From contig NIVC01000362.1 in the NCBI GenBank assembly GCA_002269645.1, positions 558,001 to 622,000 of the forward strand: DNA of 64,000 nucleotides, written 5' to 3'. Positions within the stretch are counted from its first letter, which is position 1; each line of letters begins with the position of its first letter. The DNA is from Macrostomum lignano. Its lineage: Eukaryota. The notes under the pieces were generated by a model. That model was given only the letters and a program-made list of their open reading frames with translations. It had not been told where the DNA came from and ran no database searches. This document shows, in pieces, positions 63,440-64,000 of the stretch. The position numbers were made by a program, and so were the translations under genes.

Positions 63440-64000
63440 TAGAGATTATTCAAGTCTGGAATCCCATCATGGGGATTATTCAAGTCTGGAATCCCATCAT
63501 GGGGATTATTCAAGTCTGGAATCCCATCATGGGGATTATTCAAGTCTGGAATCCCATCATGGGGATTATTCAAGTCTGGAATCCCATCATGGGGATTATT
63601 CCTGTTCGGATTCCCATCATGGGGATTATTCCTGTTCGGATTCCCATCATGGGGATTATTCCTGTTCGGAGTCTCATAATGGGGATTATTCAAGTTTGAA
63701 ATCCCTATCATGGGGATTATTCGAGTTCGGAATCTTATCATGGGGATTATTCCTGTTCGGATTCCCATCATGGGGATTATTCCTGTTCGGATTCCCATCA
63801 TGGGGATTATTCCTGTTCGGAGTCTCATAATGGGGATTATTCAAGTTTGAAATCCCTATCATGGGGATTATTCGAGTTCGGAATCTTATCATGGGGATTA
63901 TTCCTGTTCGGATTCCCATCATGGGGATTGTTCCTGTTCGGATTCCCATCATGGGGATTATTCCTGTTCGGAGTCTCATAATGGGGATTATTCAAGTTTG
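63440..64000. repeat. 30-bp minisatellite (atcatggggattattcctgttcggattccc)
   Basis: DHX16 intron, runs off the window end. Confidence 0.93.

Overview
Animal (invertebrate) genomic DNA: short GC-rich exons separated by introns and spacers filled with minisatellites (roughly a third of the window). The architecture resembles a Macrostomum-type flatworm, but that is inference only. The left half (+ strand) holds two tandem, very divergent class C (GABA-B/GPR156-like) 7TM receptor genes with coiled-coil tails; the second clearly has no Venus flytrap domain. Interspersed are a P-superfamily element (80-bp TIRs, 8-bp TSD, intact spliced THAP ORF, no catalytic domain) and a ~9.8-kb near-intact CMC/EnSpm-type transposon (transposase plus a divergent six-exon DUF4806-like ORF) inside the second receptor's intron. 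There are also two non-autonomous CMC-type elements, MITEs and a tRNA-derived SINE. The right half (- strand) is six co-oriented genes: DHX16, an unknown 177-aa ORF, NUPR1-like, ZDHHC16, DERA and CHP1-like. Each downstream gene has a 3' splice acceptor just ahead of its coding start, and DERA has no in-frame Met of its own, which suggests a spliced-leader trans-spliced operon with a leader-donated AUG. All exon models and alignments were made by eye.
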